A DNA stretch of 62,731 nt, the filler included, from Bonamia ostreae (lineage: Eukaryota): assembly GCA_040357525.1 (NCBI GenBank). It is 7 parts of 7 records of this genome, joined end to end, with 100 filler letters (N's around TTAATTAATTAA, not from the genome) between each part and the next. Parts side by side here need not be neighbours in the genome. Positions count along the whole stretch, not along the records: positions 18,203 to 27,123 come from JBDODL010000048.1; positions 27,224 to 36,034 come from JBDODL010000049.1; positions 36,135 to 44,941 come from JBDODL010000050.1; 4 more parts are not named here. One strand, 5' to 3'. The translations under genes were made by a program, and so were the position numbers. The notes beneath the pieces were generated by a model. The model saw only the letters and a program-made list of their open reading frames with translations. It made no database searches and had not been told where the DNA came from. Of this stretch, positions 24,078-36,695 are shown one piece after another (the first letter of the stretch is position 1; each line of letters begins with the position of its first letter).

Positions 24078-26388
24078 TTATTTTATCAATTTCAGAATGT
24101 TTTCCAAAATCTCTCTTGTTACTGGTTTGTTGCCTTCTGTTCCTTCCATGAATTTCAAATAGTCTCTGAGACACTTTTTCACGTCTTCGATAACAACATC
24201 TCTTTGCGAAAGCATTTCTAACGTCCTTTTAAACGCCTTTGAATTTTTAAAGTTGTTCATCGAAAAAACCTTTTGACTGTTGCTTGTCAGAACAAACCCG
24301 ATTAAAGTTGCTATCAAAGATAACAAATAACCGCCTTTTTCATGTTTGAACAAATATTTTTTCTTCTCGGAAAAATGTCGTAATTTTGTATCAGAATTGA
24401 TCGATTTCTCCAAAACATCCATCTAAAAAAATTTTCAAAATTTCAAAACAACAAATTCCAAAAATTCAAAACAACGAAAAACTTTATTCAAAAATGTGTC
24501 AAAAATGATAACGATGGAATCAATCTTGTCACATTCCTTTTCCTAAACAATAACAAATCCAACCAAAAATTTCCCGAAGAATCTCAGATACTCTGTTTCG
24601 CGAAGATTTATAAAACATTGAATAAAAATTATCGCTAATTGTTCCATCGCCTGCAAATCGTCAACTAAATGCTTTTTCGCCTTATTTTTTACTTTTTAGT
24701 CGTCTTATAAAAATTCGCCGTATCTCTGACGAAAACAGTGCCAGAAATTATAAAATGGCGACTTTTTATTGTCAAACTTTGACTTATTTTTATGAAAATT
24801 TACTAAACACAATCGACAGAAATTTACTAAACAGAAAATTTAGTGAGACATTTGGCGATGCACAAAAAAGTTGTTTTAAGCGTAAAATAATTGAATACAT
24901 TAAAGATATGTTTGAATCGCATAGAAAAGTCCGAAAAAAGAATTTTGAGTCCGTCGTTTTGAACCATTAATTTGCAATTTTCAGCAAAATTTACCAAATT
25001 TGCGGAAATTGCGTTTAAAGCTGATAATCGACATTTAAATTTTCGTTTTCTTTTTTTCCGTAAATTTTAAAAAAACTTGATTAGCGAAAGTAAAACATTC
25101 ATTAAGTCCAAATCCATTTTTTCTCCGTTTCGACTAAATTTTATTACAGAAATAGTCGTCAGAGCGTCTAAAATGTTGTTTAGAAATTCAGTATTTTCTT
25201 TGTCGATTCGTTCCGACATTTTTTTCTAAAATTTTTAAAGTTTTCAAAATTTTCTGACCAAATTGTAAAAATTTATCAGTTTCAAAAAAGATTTAAAAAA
25301 TATTTTTTTTAAAAAATATCGACTTTTAGAGCATTTCTGGCAACTCCAAAAAATCCATTTTTTACAAAGATTTCACTGACGGTCGGGGAAATGTTTACGA
25401 AAATGGCGATGAGTTCGGCTCCATAGCTAAAATTACAAAATTTACAAAATGTTTTTCTGGTCGGTTTCTGCATTTCCGAGCAGTTTGAGAAGAAAACTTT
25501 TTTAAATTTTCAAAACTTTCCCAATTTTGATTTGATAAAAGTTTCCATGAAGAATCGTTGGTCCGTTTCCATGATGCTCTCGAAAATCGACTTTCGACTC
25601 AATTTTATTTAAACCAAAGCGTCGAAAAGTCCTTCCGAATCTTCATTGTTTTCAGATAACCGCTCTAGATTATCTGACACCAAATTAAAGACATTTCTTT
25701 TCGAAAGTGCTTTTAAAAAGTCCAAAATCGGACTTTTCTCGAAGAATGTAGTCGGATCGGCCAATTCCTTCAACAAATTTATTGTTTCGATGACGATGTC
25801 TAAAATTTGGGCAAAATTTGGTTAATTCGTAAAAATTTTATTGTTTCTTGAACAGACAAAATTTCAGAATTGTCAAATCCGGAAACAAAATTAACCCGTG
25901 TTTTCATGAGAAAGAAGTTCGGAAACGATTTTGGGCAAATTGTTTTGAACCAAATTTTCGTAAAGTTTGGGCGCCACGGCGACACTTTATTTTATTGCTG
26001 TTCAAAACTCTTTTATCGCTTTAATGGCGTCTGACAAATCGAGCTCGCTTTGCATAAATCTAGAATTTGCAATTTTAACTTATTTGGATTGTCCGAATAT
26101 TTGGAGCGCATGTTCAGATTTTTGAGTTGCGCTTTTTCTAGAGTTTGCATTAGTCCAATAAGCGTTCCTGCATTGGTTTCTTCGACCTTTAATGTTATTA
26201 AAAATTGATGATATAAAAAGCTAGAGGAGCGGGCTTTAAAAATGAAATTAATGGAGTGCCTTTGGAGCGGCCTCGATTAAATCGTTTATTGTTTTCTTGT
26301 TCTGGTTGGGCACAAATGTCTGTTTGCTGAAAGATTTATTTTCAAAATGACCATTTTTCATTTTTTGCCGTTTTTCGGGCTTTGGCAT
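24078..26388 (-). CDS. CTNNBL1: Beta-catenin-like protein 1 (Prp19 complex), many exons; start approximate
   Basis: LEKAQLKNLNMRSKYSDNP/KFMQSELDLSDAIK resembles the CTNNBL1 N-terminal motif; YLFKHEKGGYLLSLI near the C-terminus. Confidence 0.8.
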
Positions 26389-26931
26389 TTTTGTTGATTC
26401 TTTATCAATTTTTATTCCAATCTCTTCAAACCTTCTTTTCTTTTTATTTTGAGCAAATTGAAACCATTTTGATAGATTTGTAAATGGTCTAAATCTGTAT
26501 ATATTAGAAGTATGTAATATTTGAAGTTTATCCAAATAAATTTAGTTTTTCATGGTAAAAACGAACTGTTGTAGCACGATAATAAATCCGGCAAAGCTTA
26601 CAGTAATTTTAAAATAAATAATCAATTTAAAATGATTTAAAATTCTAAATTTCCACTACTTGAACTAACATTAGTTTCGATGTCCGAGACTATCATATAA
26701 TTTAAAGCTAAACGTGAAAAGGTGTTGGAAGAATTGGAAACGTCTTTTTCAGGGTAATCATATTCCGGTCTATCGATAGCTAAATAACTAATTTCAATTG
26801 AAACCATTTGAATCGCTTGTAAGATTTTCCTCGCTCTGTGAATATTCGTTTTTTAGGTCTTCTGCAAACCACTCCAATTCTGACAAAATGGGGTCTTCTC
26901 TTTTTTTATTTTATATAAATTGCAATATTTA

Positions 26932-27123
26932 ATATTTGCGAAATTTGATTATCGAAGCAAAAATTGCAAAATGCCGCAAATTTGATAATCGAACCAAAAA
27001 TTGCAAAATGCCGCAAATTTGATAATCGAACCAAAAATTGCAAAATGCCGCAAATTTGATAATCGAACCAAAAATTGCAAAATGCCGCAAATTTGATAAT
27101 CGAACCAAAAATTGCAAAATGCC
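26932..27123. repeat. 37-bp tandem repeat at scaffold end, probably intronic
   Basis: aaaattgcaaaatgccgcaaatttgataatcgaacca about 5 times, no spacers. Confidence 0.9.
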
Positions 27124-27223
27124 NNNNNNNNNNNNNNNNNNNNNNNNNNNNNNNNNNNNNNNNNNNNTTAATTAATTAANNNNNNNNNNNNNNNNNNNNN
27201 NNNNNNNNNNNNNNNNNNNNNNN

Positions 27224-27748
27224 TTCTTCTTCGGATAACCGGTCATCAGATGATCCAGTATCAGAAGATGGCAATTTATCCGATTCTTGTGTGTCTTCTT
27301 CTTCGGATAACCGGTCATCAGATTTTCCAGTTTGTTCTGTTTTTGAACAAAATTGTTCATTTTCCATTTCTGAAAAAAATATTAAGCACTTGTCATCTTC
27401 AAAATGAGCACCGATGTATTTATATTTATTCGCCGATATGTCATTTGTAAAAATTTTTGTGTAGCATGAATCACTTTTAAGAGCGTCCAGAACAATGCAC
27501 GGATTATTTGAATTCCTAAAAAACGGCTGTGATGGTTCTGTGAAGCAATCAACTTTTAAAGGATATGATTCCAATTCAAGAAACTTCTTTGATTGTATGC
27601 AGAGGTCAATGGATAGTTCTAGTGCAGGCAAGTCATTTTGTCTTCTCTGATAATTTATTTTTCCGACCAAGTCAATTGTCTTACTGGAGCATTCGCAATT
27701 CTCGTTTTTCACAGTTACTAAAATGTGGAATAATATCAATAGCAACAT
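27224..27748 (-). CDS. Secreted CAP/SCP-like protein with acidic repeat tail, 3' truncated
   Basis: Signal peptide; LVGKINYQRRQNDLPALELSIDLC; YKYIGAH; SDDRLSEEE repeats. Confidence 0.6.
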
Positions 27749-29064
27749 TTTAAAAATGATAGTTTGTTAAAAAAACTGTTTTGTTGTAATTATAGACGAA
27801 CTGTTTTAACGCAATTAAATGTCGCATTAAGATTTAATCGCAATATTTTTAAGATTTTCAAATTTTGAAGAAATTAGATATATTTTTAAAGGTTGAGGGA
27901 ACTGGATCCTCGTAAAAGAAAATATAAAAAACAAATATAAATAAAAGAATATTTAGAATTAAGTGAAAACCTTAACGGCATTAATCTCCAAAAATCCTTT
28001 AAAAACTTGAATGAATTAATCAAATAATCAAATTATCGACTTTATTAAATTGACTCGATAAAAAGTAAAAGTCGATTTATTACTTTAAGTCTGTAAATAG
28101 TAAAATTAATAATTTTTAAGGCCATTAAAAAAGGTGGATTAATCGGTAGCGACCATTTTCATTTATATTTTAGAATAATTTGTAATAAAATTGATTCTAT
28201 AATAAAAAAATATTTTTATTTGGAATAAATTAAATAAAAGAAAATTATATACTTTCAAAAATAAACTAACTAGTTTTATAAAAATTTGCAGCAACAACGA
28301 CAAAGAAATAGATACTATTTATAAAAATATTAAATATTTTTGAAATATAAATTTAGAAAATTTGAAAAATAATTGTAAAAAAGATAGTTAAATTAAAGAT
28401 AAAAAACTTAAAGTTTCGGAATCATCTTCTATTTTCGGAATTTCATTGATCTTTGAAAATCTTTAAAGATAATTGTTAATAAAATTTGTACTGTAAAAGA
28501 AATAATTTAAAATTTGTACTGAAATAAAAAGTTAAAAGTTAAAAAGAATGAAAAATACAAATATTTTTCAGTTTTGTAGATAAATTTTAAAAGAATTAAC
28601 AATCATTGACAATTGAATTTAAAAAATTCAAAAATATATATTAAAAGCTGATTCAATAAAATCGAAAATAAACAAAAGTAAAAATTAAAACGAAAATAAT
28701 TTAAATTTGCAGAAATTGTTTCAAGTTCAAAATCAATCCATCTTAAAAACAATTTTTGATTTTTGTTATCTTTCCAAACGATTTCCACCTGTAACAAATT
28801 AAAAAAGTAATGATACAATTTAACAATTAAAGTATAATTGATTATAACGTGATATTGTAATTTGTAGACTGATAAACATATTATGTAAATTTAAAACAAA
28901 ATTATTTTCTTATAAAAAATTAAGATAAATAAAAAATATATAAACAAAGTCAAAATTAAGATAAATATACAAAAACTTTTAATACCTGAGATAAAAATTT
29001 CTTATGAAAAAGTTAGTATTAAAGGTAATGGTTTGAACAAAAATGTAGAAAAATATAAAATAAT

Positions 29065-30195
29065 TTAATATTGGAATAACGGATCTTTTGCCCTTGTAAA
29101 CATAGAATAATAAAGATTATTGCGATTGTCGTGAATGGTTTTAAGTAACACGTATCCTGAAAAAAACAAATTGGAATTCTTCAGATCAATGAGTCGTCCA
29201 AATACAGTTACTACAAAATCTTTGTGGCATCCTTTTCCTTCGATTTTTACACCAGCAAGAATTAGTATCTTTTCTAATGTACCATCTAAAAAAGTAGCGT
29301 CTATTTTATAATTTAATAAAATTAATTTTGCAAATTTGGTAAACTATTTAATGAAAAAACGCACTTTGTCATACCTAGGAAAATACTGGCAAAGAAAAAC
29401 ATTAGGCAAATAATTTAATTGCCCGATTTTAAAAAAATCCATTTCCCATAAATTTTCGACACTCTCGTCTTTCTTTAAATTTCCAAAACGCGCTAAAAAA
29501 CTCTGAAAACTTGGAAGATGAGAAATTTCCGGCGATACGCAAAATTTTGTAATAAATTCTGAAATGCAATAAACATTAAATTTAAAGTCTTTATCACTAC
29601 CTTCTGAATAAGAAATATTTAAATAACTATAAAAGATATTTCCATTGATATCACAAAATACATTTTCATCTGTATCAGCTGTCTTTAAAACATAGTTATT
29701 TTCTTGAAGGAATTTGAAAAATGACAAACTTTGGCGTATAAAATTATCTTTATAAATTTTATAGTTTGAACCGTTGATTTTTGGAACATCTTTGAGTCTT
29801 TTTGAATATTCTTGTATTTTGAAAATGAATACTGTTGCTGTTTTATAATGAAAAGTAATATTTAGTGGTGGATAAAATCCAGAAAATATCAAGTTTTTCA
29901 GCAATAATTTTATCGTTTCGTTATAACTTCGGTTTACAAAAACGTAAAATTTGTTATCAACGAAAACTAATAATTTAAGTGTGAAATTAAACATTTAAAT
30001 GAAAATTAATGTTATAAAGCAGACAGATGGTTAATATTCAACGTCTACAAAAAATAAACAAGATTTAGTTCTATTGAAACACAAATCGTTTAAAAAATTT
30101 TCGGGTAGATTTTCATCTAAGATTTTGATGTTCATAGATAGCGATTTGTTCTTGTGTCGGATTTTTTTCTTTTCTCGTCTGTATTCTCTTTCCAT
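29065..30195 (-). CDS. Hypothetical protein with degenerate kinase-like segment
   Basis: 216-aa ORF plus flanking exons; FIRQSLSFFKFLQENNY...NVFCDINGNIF resembles 52665-53357. Confidence 0.55.
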
Positions 30196-30907
30196 ATTAT
30201 GAGCAAAATAAAAACAGTGATTATTTTATAAAATCAATTATTTTTTTCAAAATGAAAAACTATTTTATTGATTTTTGAATCAGTATCGAAACCTAAAAAA
30301 TCTGAGTTAATTCTCCACCCTTAAACAAGCCTTCTAATTAGACGAAACGAGAACCTGTTATTAATAAAATGCGTAAAGGCAATTGGAAATCGGAAAGAAA
30401 TTTTTAATGTTTAGATTTAAATTTCCTAATACAATTTCAATAATTAGTATACTTTAACTAAAATAAGATGTGTTTAATTGATATCAACTTTTTCAAGAAT
30501 TTTTTCGTTTTCTATAAAACACAATTATTTAACACGTGAATTAACGGCCTCATCGGCACTAAAAGCCATCTATCGCCTATATCCTTTCTTGTAACGCTTC
30601 CCAAGTTATTCTCATTAAATATTAATCATTGAACACAATGATTAATTCAATGATTAAATGAATTCTCGTTGAATTTTTCTTAAGTTTTCTCTATTAATCA
30701 TTTTTTCGCGTTTTTTGTCTGCAATTGTGGTTTTCTGTTATTTATTACCAGTTCGTAAATTCTTCTGAGCGATTTTATATTGGTGGTTTTCTGAGCCACC
30801 AAGACTGCATTATTGGCAAAGAAATTGGTAAAAAAGAAGTTTGCAAAATAGAAATAAAAACGTAAAAAATCGCAGAATTAAGGTTTTCTGCATTATTTCA
30901 ATAAAAA

Positions 30908-32894
30908 TGGTCGATTTTCGCAATTACAGTTTTAAGATTCACCCAAGCTCTTTCCCAAGCAGAAGAAGATTCGTGTTCAGTGGAAGATCTGACAGAGCAG
31001 TTCGAGAGCTCGCAAAGCAGCAGCACAAACGGGCGCAAATCCGGAAATCCCGCCAAGAAAACTCCGTCCCTCGAAATCTGCGCGCTTTGCAACAGCGCGA
31101 GAGACGTCCAAAGTTTGGCCGAATGCCGTTTGTGCAAAAAGCGCTTTCACATTTTCTGTCTGGCTCCAGCGCTGCAGAGCTTGCCAGACCGAACATGGAA
31201 ATGCGGCGATTGCGCTTTGAACAAAGACCATTTCCCGCAGAAACGAAAAACGATGTCCGCCGCTCCGAACGCCAAATGGCTGAACAGTTCCGAAGAAGAC
31301 ATGGAGGAAGAACCGGATTCGGAAGATCGCGACTTCATCGCCGCAGAAATCGAAAACGCGGCAAATGAACGTTCTTTCGGATCTCAAAGCGACTACGACG
31401 ATATGCCAACGTCCGAAAACACGATTTCGGAAAGTCCGAAAAATTTGAAAATCGATAAAAATTTTTACGAAAAATGGAGTAAAAGGCTTTACGGCAAAAA
31501 AATGAACAACGCTGTTCCGGTTGACAAGATTCCGCTGACGCTGCGAAAGGCGAATTCGAAGTTTGGCAAATTGAAGATCAAAATATCGAAAATCGGTCGG
31601 AACAGAAGACAGTTTGAAAAGGCGTTAAAAAAATCGTCGGTTCGGCAAATGGCTCATGTTAAATTACTTAATAACTAAAGTTGCTCAATAACGGCGCGAT
31701 GGAACCATGGAAACTTTTTTTGGCGGGTTTTAAGAGTTGGTCGACCAACAAACGGAAAATGGACGAAAAGGAGAATGCAGCAGTACTTTGGGATTTTGAG
31801 CATTTGAAAAGGCTCTCAAATCTTTCCGAAAATGGAGATAAGAAATCGATAAAAATTTTAAATGTTTCTAAAATATTGAAAATAGAAAATAAAATTAATG
31901 TCCAAAAATTGTCTTTTCAAAAACGAAAATAAAATTAATGTCCAAAAATTGTCTTTTCAAAAACGAAAATAAAATAATGTCCAAAAATTGTCTTTCGAAA
32001 ACATAAATTAAATACTGTCCAAAAATTGTATTTTCAAAAACGAAAATAAAATTAATGTCCAAAAATTGTCTTTTCAAAAACGAAAATAAAATAATGTCCA
32101 AAAAATGTCTTTCGAAAACGTAAATTAAATACTGTCCAAAAATTGTCTATTCAAAAACGAAAATAAAATTAAAAGAAAATCGATGGAATTTATGAAAAGC
32201 ATTTTGAGAGAAAATTATTCGAAAAAATCACCTCAAAATCAATCGCAAACGACTTCTACAAATTGCTAAAAGGATTTGACACCAAAAACCCAAAATCGCG
32301 AGAAACGGTTTTGGCAGTCCATTTGTGGTCACATCAAATAACAAACGAATGGCGTAGCGCTATCACAGAAGGAAATTGTGTTCGATTGTTCGAAATTTTA
32401 GCTTTAGGGCTAAACCCGAAGTCTGAAGATTATGAACTGGACGTTCAACTTGCAGCTGAAAACGACCGGAAAAACGTTTTGGAACTTTTGATCGACTGCG
32501 GCGTCAAAGTCGACATTACGGAATGTTTGGCTAAATCGCTTTTTAGCGATAAAACCGAAACGGCAGGCTTTCTGCTCGAAAAAGGAGCTGATCCGGACAT
32601 CGTTTTTAAATCAATACCAAATTTCGCCGAACGCAGAAAGTGGAAAGCAGCAAAACTTACACGGAAGAAAAAGTTCCGATAGTCGTCGAAATGTTAAATC
32701 GAAGACAAATCGAGTGCGCGAGTCTTCTGGTTAGAAAAGGAGCCGACACGAATTTTGATGTCCTCGTTACGAACGCTAAAGGGAGAAAGAAAAAAGTGGG
32801 GCTATTGCAATACGCGCAACGATTCCATCTTCGGAAACGGTTTCGGAAAAGTTTATTTGAAAATTTAAAGACGAGAAAATGTGGAATCGGTTAA
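30908..32894 (+). CDS. PHD finger + ankyrin-repeat protein; start uncertain
   Basis: CALC...CRLCKKRFHIFCLAPALQSLPDRTWKCGDC; LAAENDRKNVLELLIDCGV, LLEKGADPD, LLVRKGADTN. Confidence 0.8.
31885..32172. repeat. Intronic minisatellite with higher-order structure
   Basis: aaaataaaattaatgtccaaaaattgtcttttcaaaaacg variants. Confidence 0.85.
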
Positions 32895-33247
32895 AATTGA
32901 AGCGAAAAGCGAATTTTGAGAAAACTATTTTAACAGAACTTCCATTCAAAAACCTACCCGAAAAAGCTTTGAAAAGATTATTAGATTACAGCTTTTGAGC
33001 CATTATCATTATTTAAGCTTTTTCAAATATTATTTAATATATTGTTATATTGTAATCTTAAATGTAATTTAAATGTTCTATTTTGTGTAAAAACTTTATT
33101 AAACTCGATCATTCTTCGTTCTGCAAAAATCTTTATTATTAATAATTTAGAGTGACAAAAGTCCTAAATTTGAAAAAGCCTAATGGGTGATTTAAAAAAT
33201 ATCTAAAGACAAAAAGTTGAACTTTGGGACGATCAGCGGTTGTTCTA

Positions 33248-33890
33248 TTATTGAAAAATCGACCGGTTCCAAATCGATTTTTTCGCTTTCTTCTGTTTTT
33301 TCTAATTTGCGCTCTTTAAAACTCGATTTGATTTTTCCTTTAAGTTTTCATAAAAAGTTGAAACTTTGTCTTCTGTTCCATCTTTTCCTTTTATTGCGGT
33401 TTTTGGGTTTCTGTTCTTTGTTTTCTCTGAACAAGTTTCCTCTGTTTTTCGAACCCGTTTTGTTCGTTGGTTTGTTCGCATCGCTTTCAACGGGAGGCGC
33501 TTCTTTAAGTTGGTCCAACATTTTAGAGTACTTTTTCTCTGCGTCGTTAGAACTGATGAACTCGCTCAGAAGTCGAACGTCGTTGCTCTCGACTGCATTT
33601 CGCGTCAACGAAAAAAGGGATTTCTTCGCATTGTCGAGCTGCTCTTCGTCTTTTATGCGGTTTCGCATCATCACGTCTGTGATGACGCTGTTCAAATGAT
33701 AGTTGTCGGGGATCATTCTGTGCTTTCTAAAACGACTTCTTTGTTTTCTTTTGGTTCGGCTTTTATCTCTGTCGCCATTTTTATGTTTCGGCGAATTTTT
33801 TTTTGGCAGTTCTTTGGCCATTTTTCCCCCTTTTTTTGCTGATTTTTCTGGCTTTATTGATACGCCATTTTTGAATCTCAATTTTGGCAT
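33248..33890 (-). CDS. Basic Lys/Arg-rich hypothetical protein
   Basis: 180-aa ATG ORF plus a probable short last exon after a GT-AG intron. Confidence 0.55.
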
Positions 33891-34436
33891 GATTATATGA
33901 AAAGGGTTTAATAATTGTATTCTGATTTTTTAATGTCAATGTCTGAAAAACAAGTTTTCGCACAGTTGTGATTGCAAAACATTGCAACATTAAATTTATT
34001 TTCTTTCGACATTTTACCTTTTGCGCATTTCATAATTCTTCTGTGTTTAATGAATGGATGCCATCTCATCTCTCTTGTGAGAGTTACTGCTTTTAATTTG
34101 AGAATTAATTTTAAACAATGCAAAATTAAACAGGAACATTGAAAAAGCTAAAAAACATTGACATTTCCTTTTCATGTATACTTGTCATTGCGTTGAAAAG
34201 ATGTCATGTTATGTAAATGTCTTTAAAACACGGTCAATCTCTACATAATGATTAATTTATGTACTATGTAACAATATTTTCATATATTATTGCAAATGTA
34301 ACAAAGCAGTTTAGAAAATAGTTAAAATCGATGTTAAATAACGGCAAAATTCAATGTTAAAATTCCACCAGAAAGAGTACCGAAGATCGAAAAGAGCGAT
34401 CGAATAATCAAAATTATTATGAAAAATGGCAAGTAT

Positions 34437-34943
34437 TTACATCATTATCAGTAACAAATCCATCAATAATATACACGAAAATGAATTTCTTGACGTGATC
34501 GTTCCACTGTCAGTATTGGGATCGACTGATGCATCATTGCAAAAGATTTTGTCACTTTCGTCCACAGAAAATATTATTAAAGATTTGTCGTCAGAACAAT
34601 GCGCTCCGACATATTTATAATCCTTTACAGATTTGTCATCTGTGAAAATATATTTGAAACAATCATCATTCTGAAGATTAGCTATAACTCTTTCAACATC
34701 GCTTGAATCGCTGAGAAAGAATTCTGCTGGTTCGTCAAAGCAATTCTTATTTTGAGGAGTAAATCCAAAATTAAGGAACTTTTGTGAAAGGAAACAAGAT
34801 TGAGTGGATAAAAGAAGTTTTGCCAGTGTTTTATCTGTGCGAAATTTATTTATTCGCTCAACTAATTCTATTGACTTCAAATTGCAAGTACAATTTTCAA
34901 TCTCAGAGGTCACGAAATTGTGGAATAATAAAATTAGAATCAT
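34437..34943 (-). CDS. Secreted CAP/SCP-like protein, possibly GPI-anchored; paralog of 27224-27748
   Basis: MILILLFHNFVTSE, LVERINKFRTDKTLAKLLLS, YKYVGAH; hydrophobic C-terminus SCILLMDLLLIMM. Confidence 0.65.
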   Translation of the reverse strand: MILILLFHNFVTSEIENCTCNLKSIELVERINKFRTDKTLAKLLLSTQSCFLSQKFLNFGFTPQNKNCFDEPAEFFLSDSSDVERVIANLQNDDCFKYIFTDDKSVKDYKYVGAHCSDDKSLIIFSVDESDKIFCNDASVDPNTDSGTITSRNSFSCILLMDLLLIMM

Positions 34944-35642
34944 TTTGAAGTGTTTAGTGTCGTTTTCGATATGTTTTTAAACTGTTATATCGTAAAAGAA
35001 TTTATAAATTTTGAAAGCAAAATCATTTTTGCTACTTGATTTTAGTTAATATGATGCAACCTTGTAGAAGACCAATTTTAAGTCATTTCAAGAAAGTTTG
35101 TTCAATGTCACAAAATTTAAATACAAAAATTAAGACTTTAAAAAAATCTAATTTGATAATTATTTCAATTTTCCGACAATAAATAAAATTATAAAACGTT
35201 CATTTAAAATTCTTTTTTATAAAACTGGAAATATCTTAAATCTTCGCTGGAATCTCGATTTTATTAACAAGATTTCTTTAGTTGCATCTTCTTGCACCAG
35301 AAACATGTCGTTAAAGCATTTTGTGATTAATGGCATCAATATGTTAATTTTTGACCATCTCATATTGCAAAATCTTCATTTTTCAGACAATTTCAAGTCA
35401 TTTTTGTTCATGTTTGACCTATTTTCCAAACGTTTTTTGCTCGCTGACTTTGCTACTTGTAAAATAGTTCTTGTTGAATAAAATTTTTTTAAATTGATAA
35501 AATTGAAAAAATTTTGTTTTTTGCATTTTTACATCGTTCGTTATTAAAAAATTTACGACGAAAAATCGTCGTCGGATAAGAAAATGTTTGAGGAAAATGT
35601 GTGAAAATGAAAAATTGTAGAAAATAATTTAAAAATAAAGAT

Positions 35643-35820
35643 TTAATCACCGTCGCTCAAAATTTCGTAACCATCAGCTTCGACCTTCTCGTCTTCATTC
35701 TTTTTCTTATCACAGAATATTTTTTTGAGAAAGAACACAAAGAACAAATATCCGAAAATACAGGTCAGAACGAACACGATAAACCAAAAAATCACAATTA
35801 GAATTGTTTTCTTTTTTTTA
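35643..35820 (-). CDS. Last exon of a membrane protein (TM + acidic tail); 5' part beyond scaffold end
   Basis: TILIVIFWFIVFVLTCIFGYLFFVFFLKK...EADGYEILSDGD*. Confidence 0.4.
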
Positions 35821-36695
35821 TATATCTTGTTTTAAATTAATTTTATTTGTTAAATTTTTTAAAATATTTAATAAGTTTTTTGTTTTAATTTTTATCATTT
35901 TTATTTTTTAAATATTTTTTAATAATTAATTTTAGTGTTATTTATTTTTTTTTTTTTTGTAAAAAAAATATTTTTATAATATTTATTTAGATTAGATTAT
36001 TTTTGATTTGTGTTTTTTTTTTTTAAGTTTTGTANNNNNNNNNNNNNNNNNNNNNNNNNNNNNNNNNNNNNNNNNNNNTTAATTAATTAANNNNNNNNNN
36101 NNNNNNNNNNNNNNNNNNNNNNNNNNNNNNNNNNCCATTCTCGCTATCAAATGGAAAGTTCTGCATAGACAATGGAGGGTCATTTTAAACTACTTCGTTC
36201 TGATTTTTGGCTTGGCGATTAGTTTCTTAATGGGATTGGCAACAAACGTTTACGGATGGGCTAAATAAATTTTATCGAAAATGGCGATAAATCGTTTATC
36301 AAAATAATTTTTCATGATAAATAATTTTTTATCTAAATAAATCGATTTGCTAATTTTATCTATTTAAAATTTCATGATATGGACGAATAGATTATTCCAA
36401 ACATTAAAATAGCCATTTTCATAATTTGGCAAAAGTTAAAAACATTAAAAATTGGAAACAAAACAAACAAAATTTCAAAATTGTTTTCCATCTTTTACGC
36501 TTATGCGCCAAAAAATTAAAACTTTATTTCAACCTCAAGTTTTTGGTTGGATAAAATAAATATTCAATCAGATTAATCTATTTTCCGTTTAAACTGAAAA
36601 TGTGAACTCTTTAACGCCCACTTTATAAAGTCGACTTAATAAAACATTTTTCGATTTTATAAACAAAACAATACTAAAACCAAGAAAAAAGTCTA

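Noticed and set aside
26932-27123. 37-bp repeats of CRISPR-like length (also 5425-5605, 61581-61750)
   Set aside because: Head-to-tail copies without unique spacers, no cas genes, eukaryotic context
27760-29050. 1.3-kb very AT-rich ORF-poor stretch (possible centromere or origin)
   Set aside because: No repeat or motif to support any function
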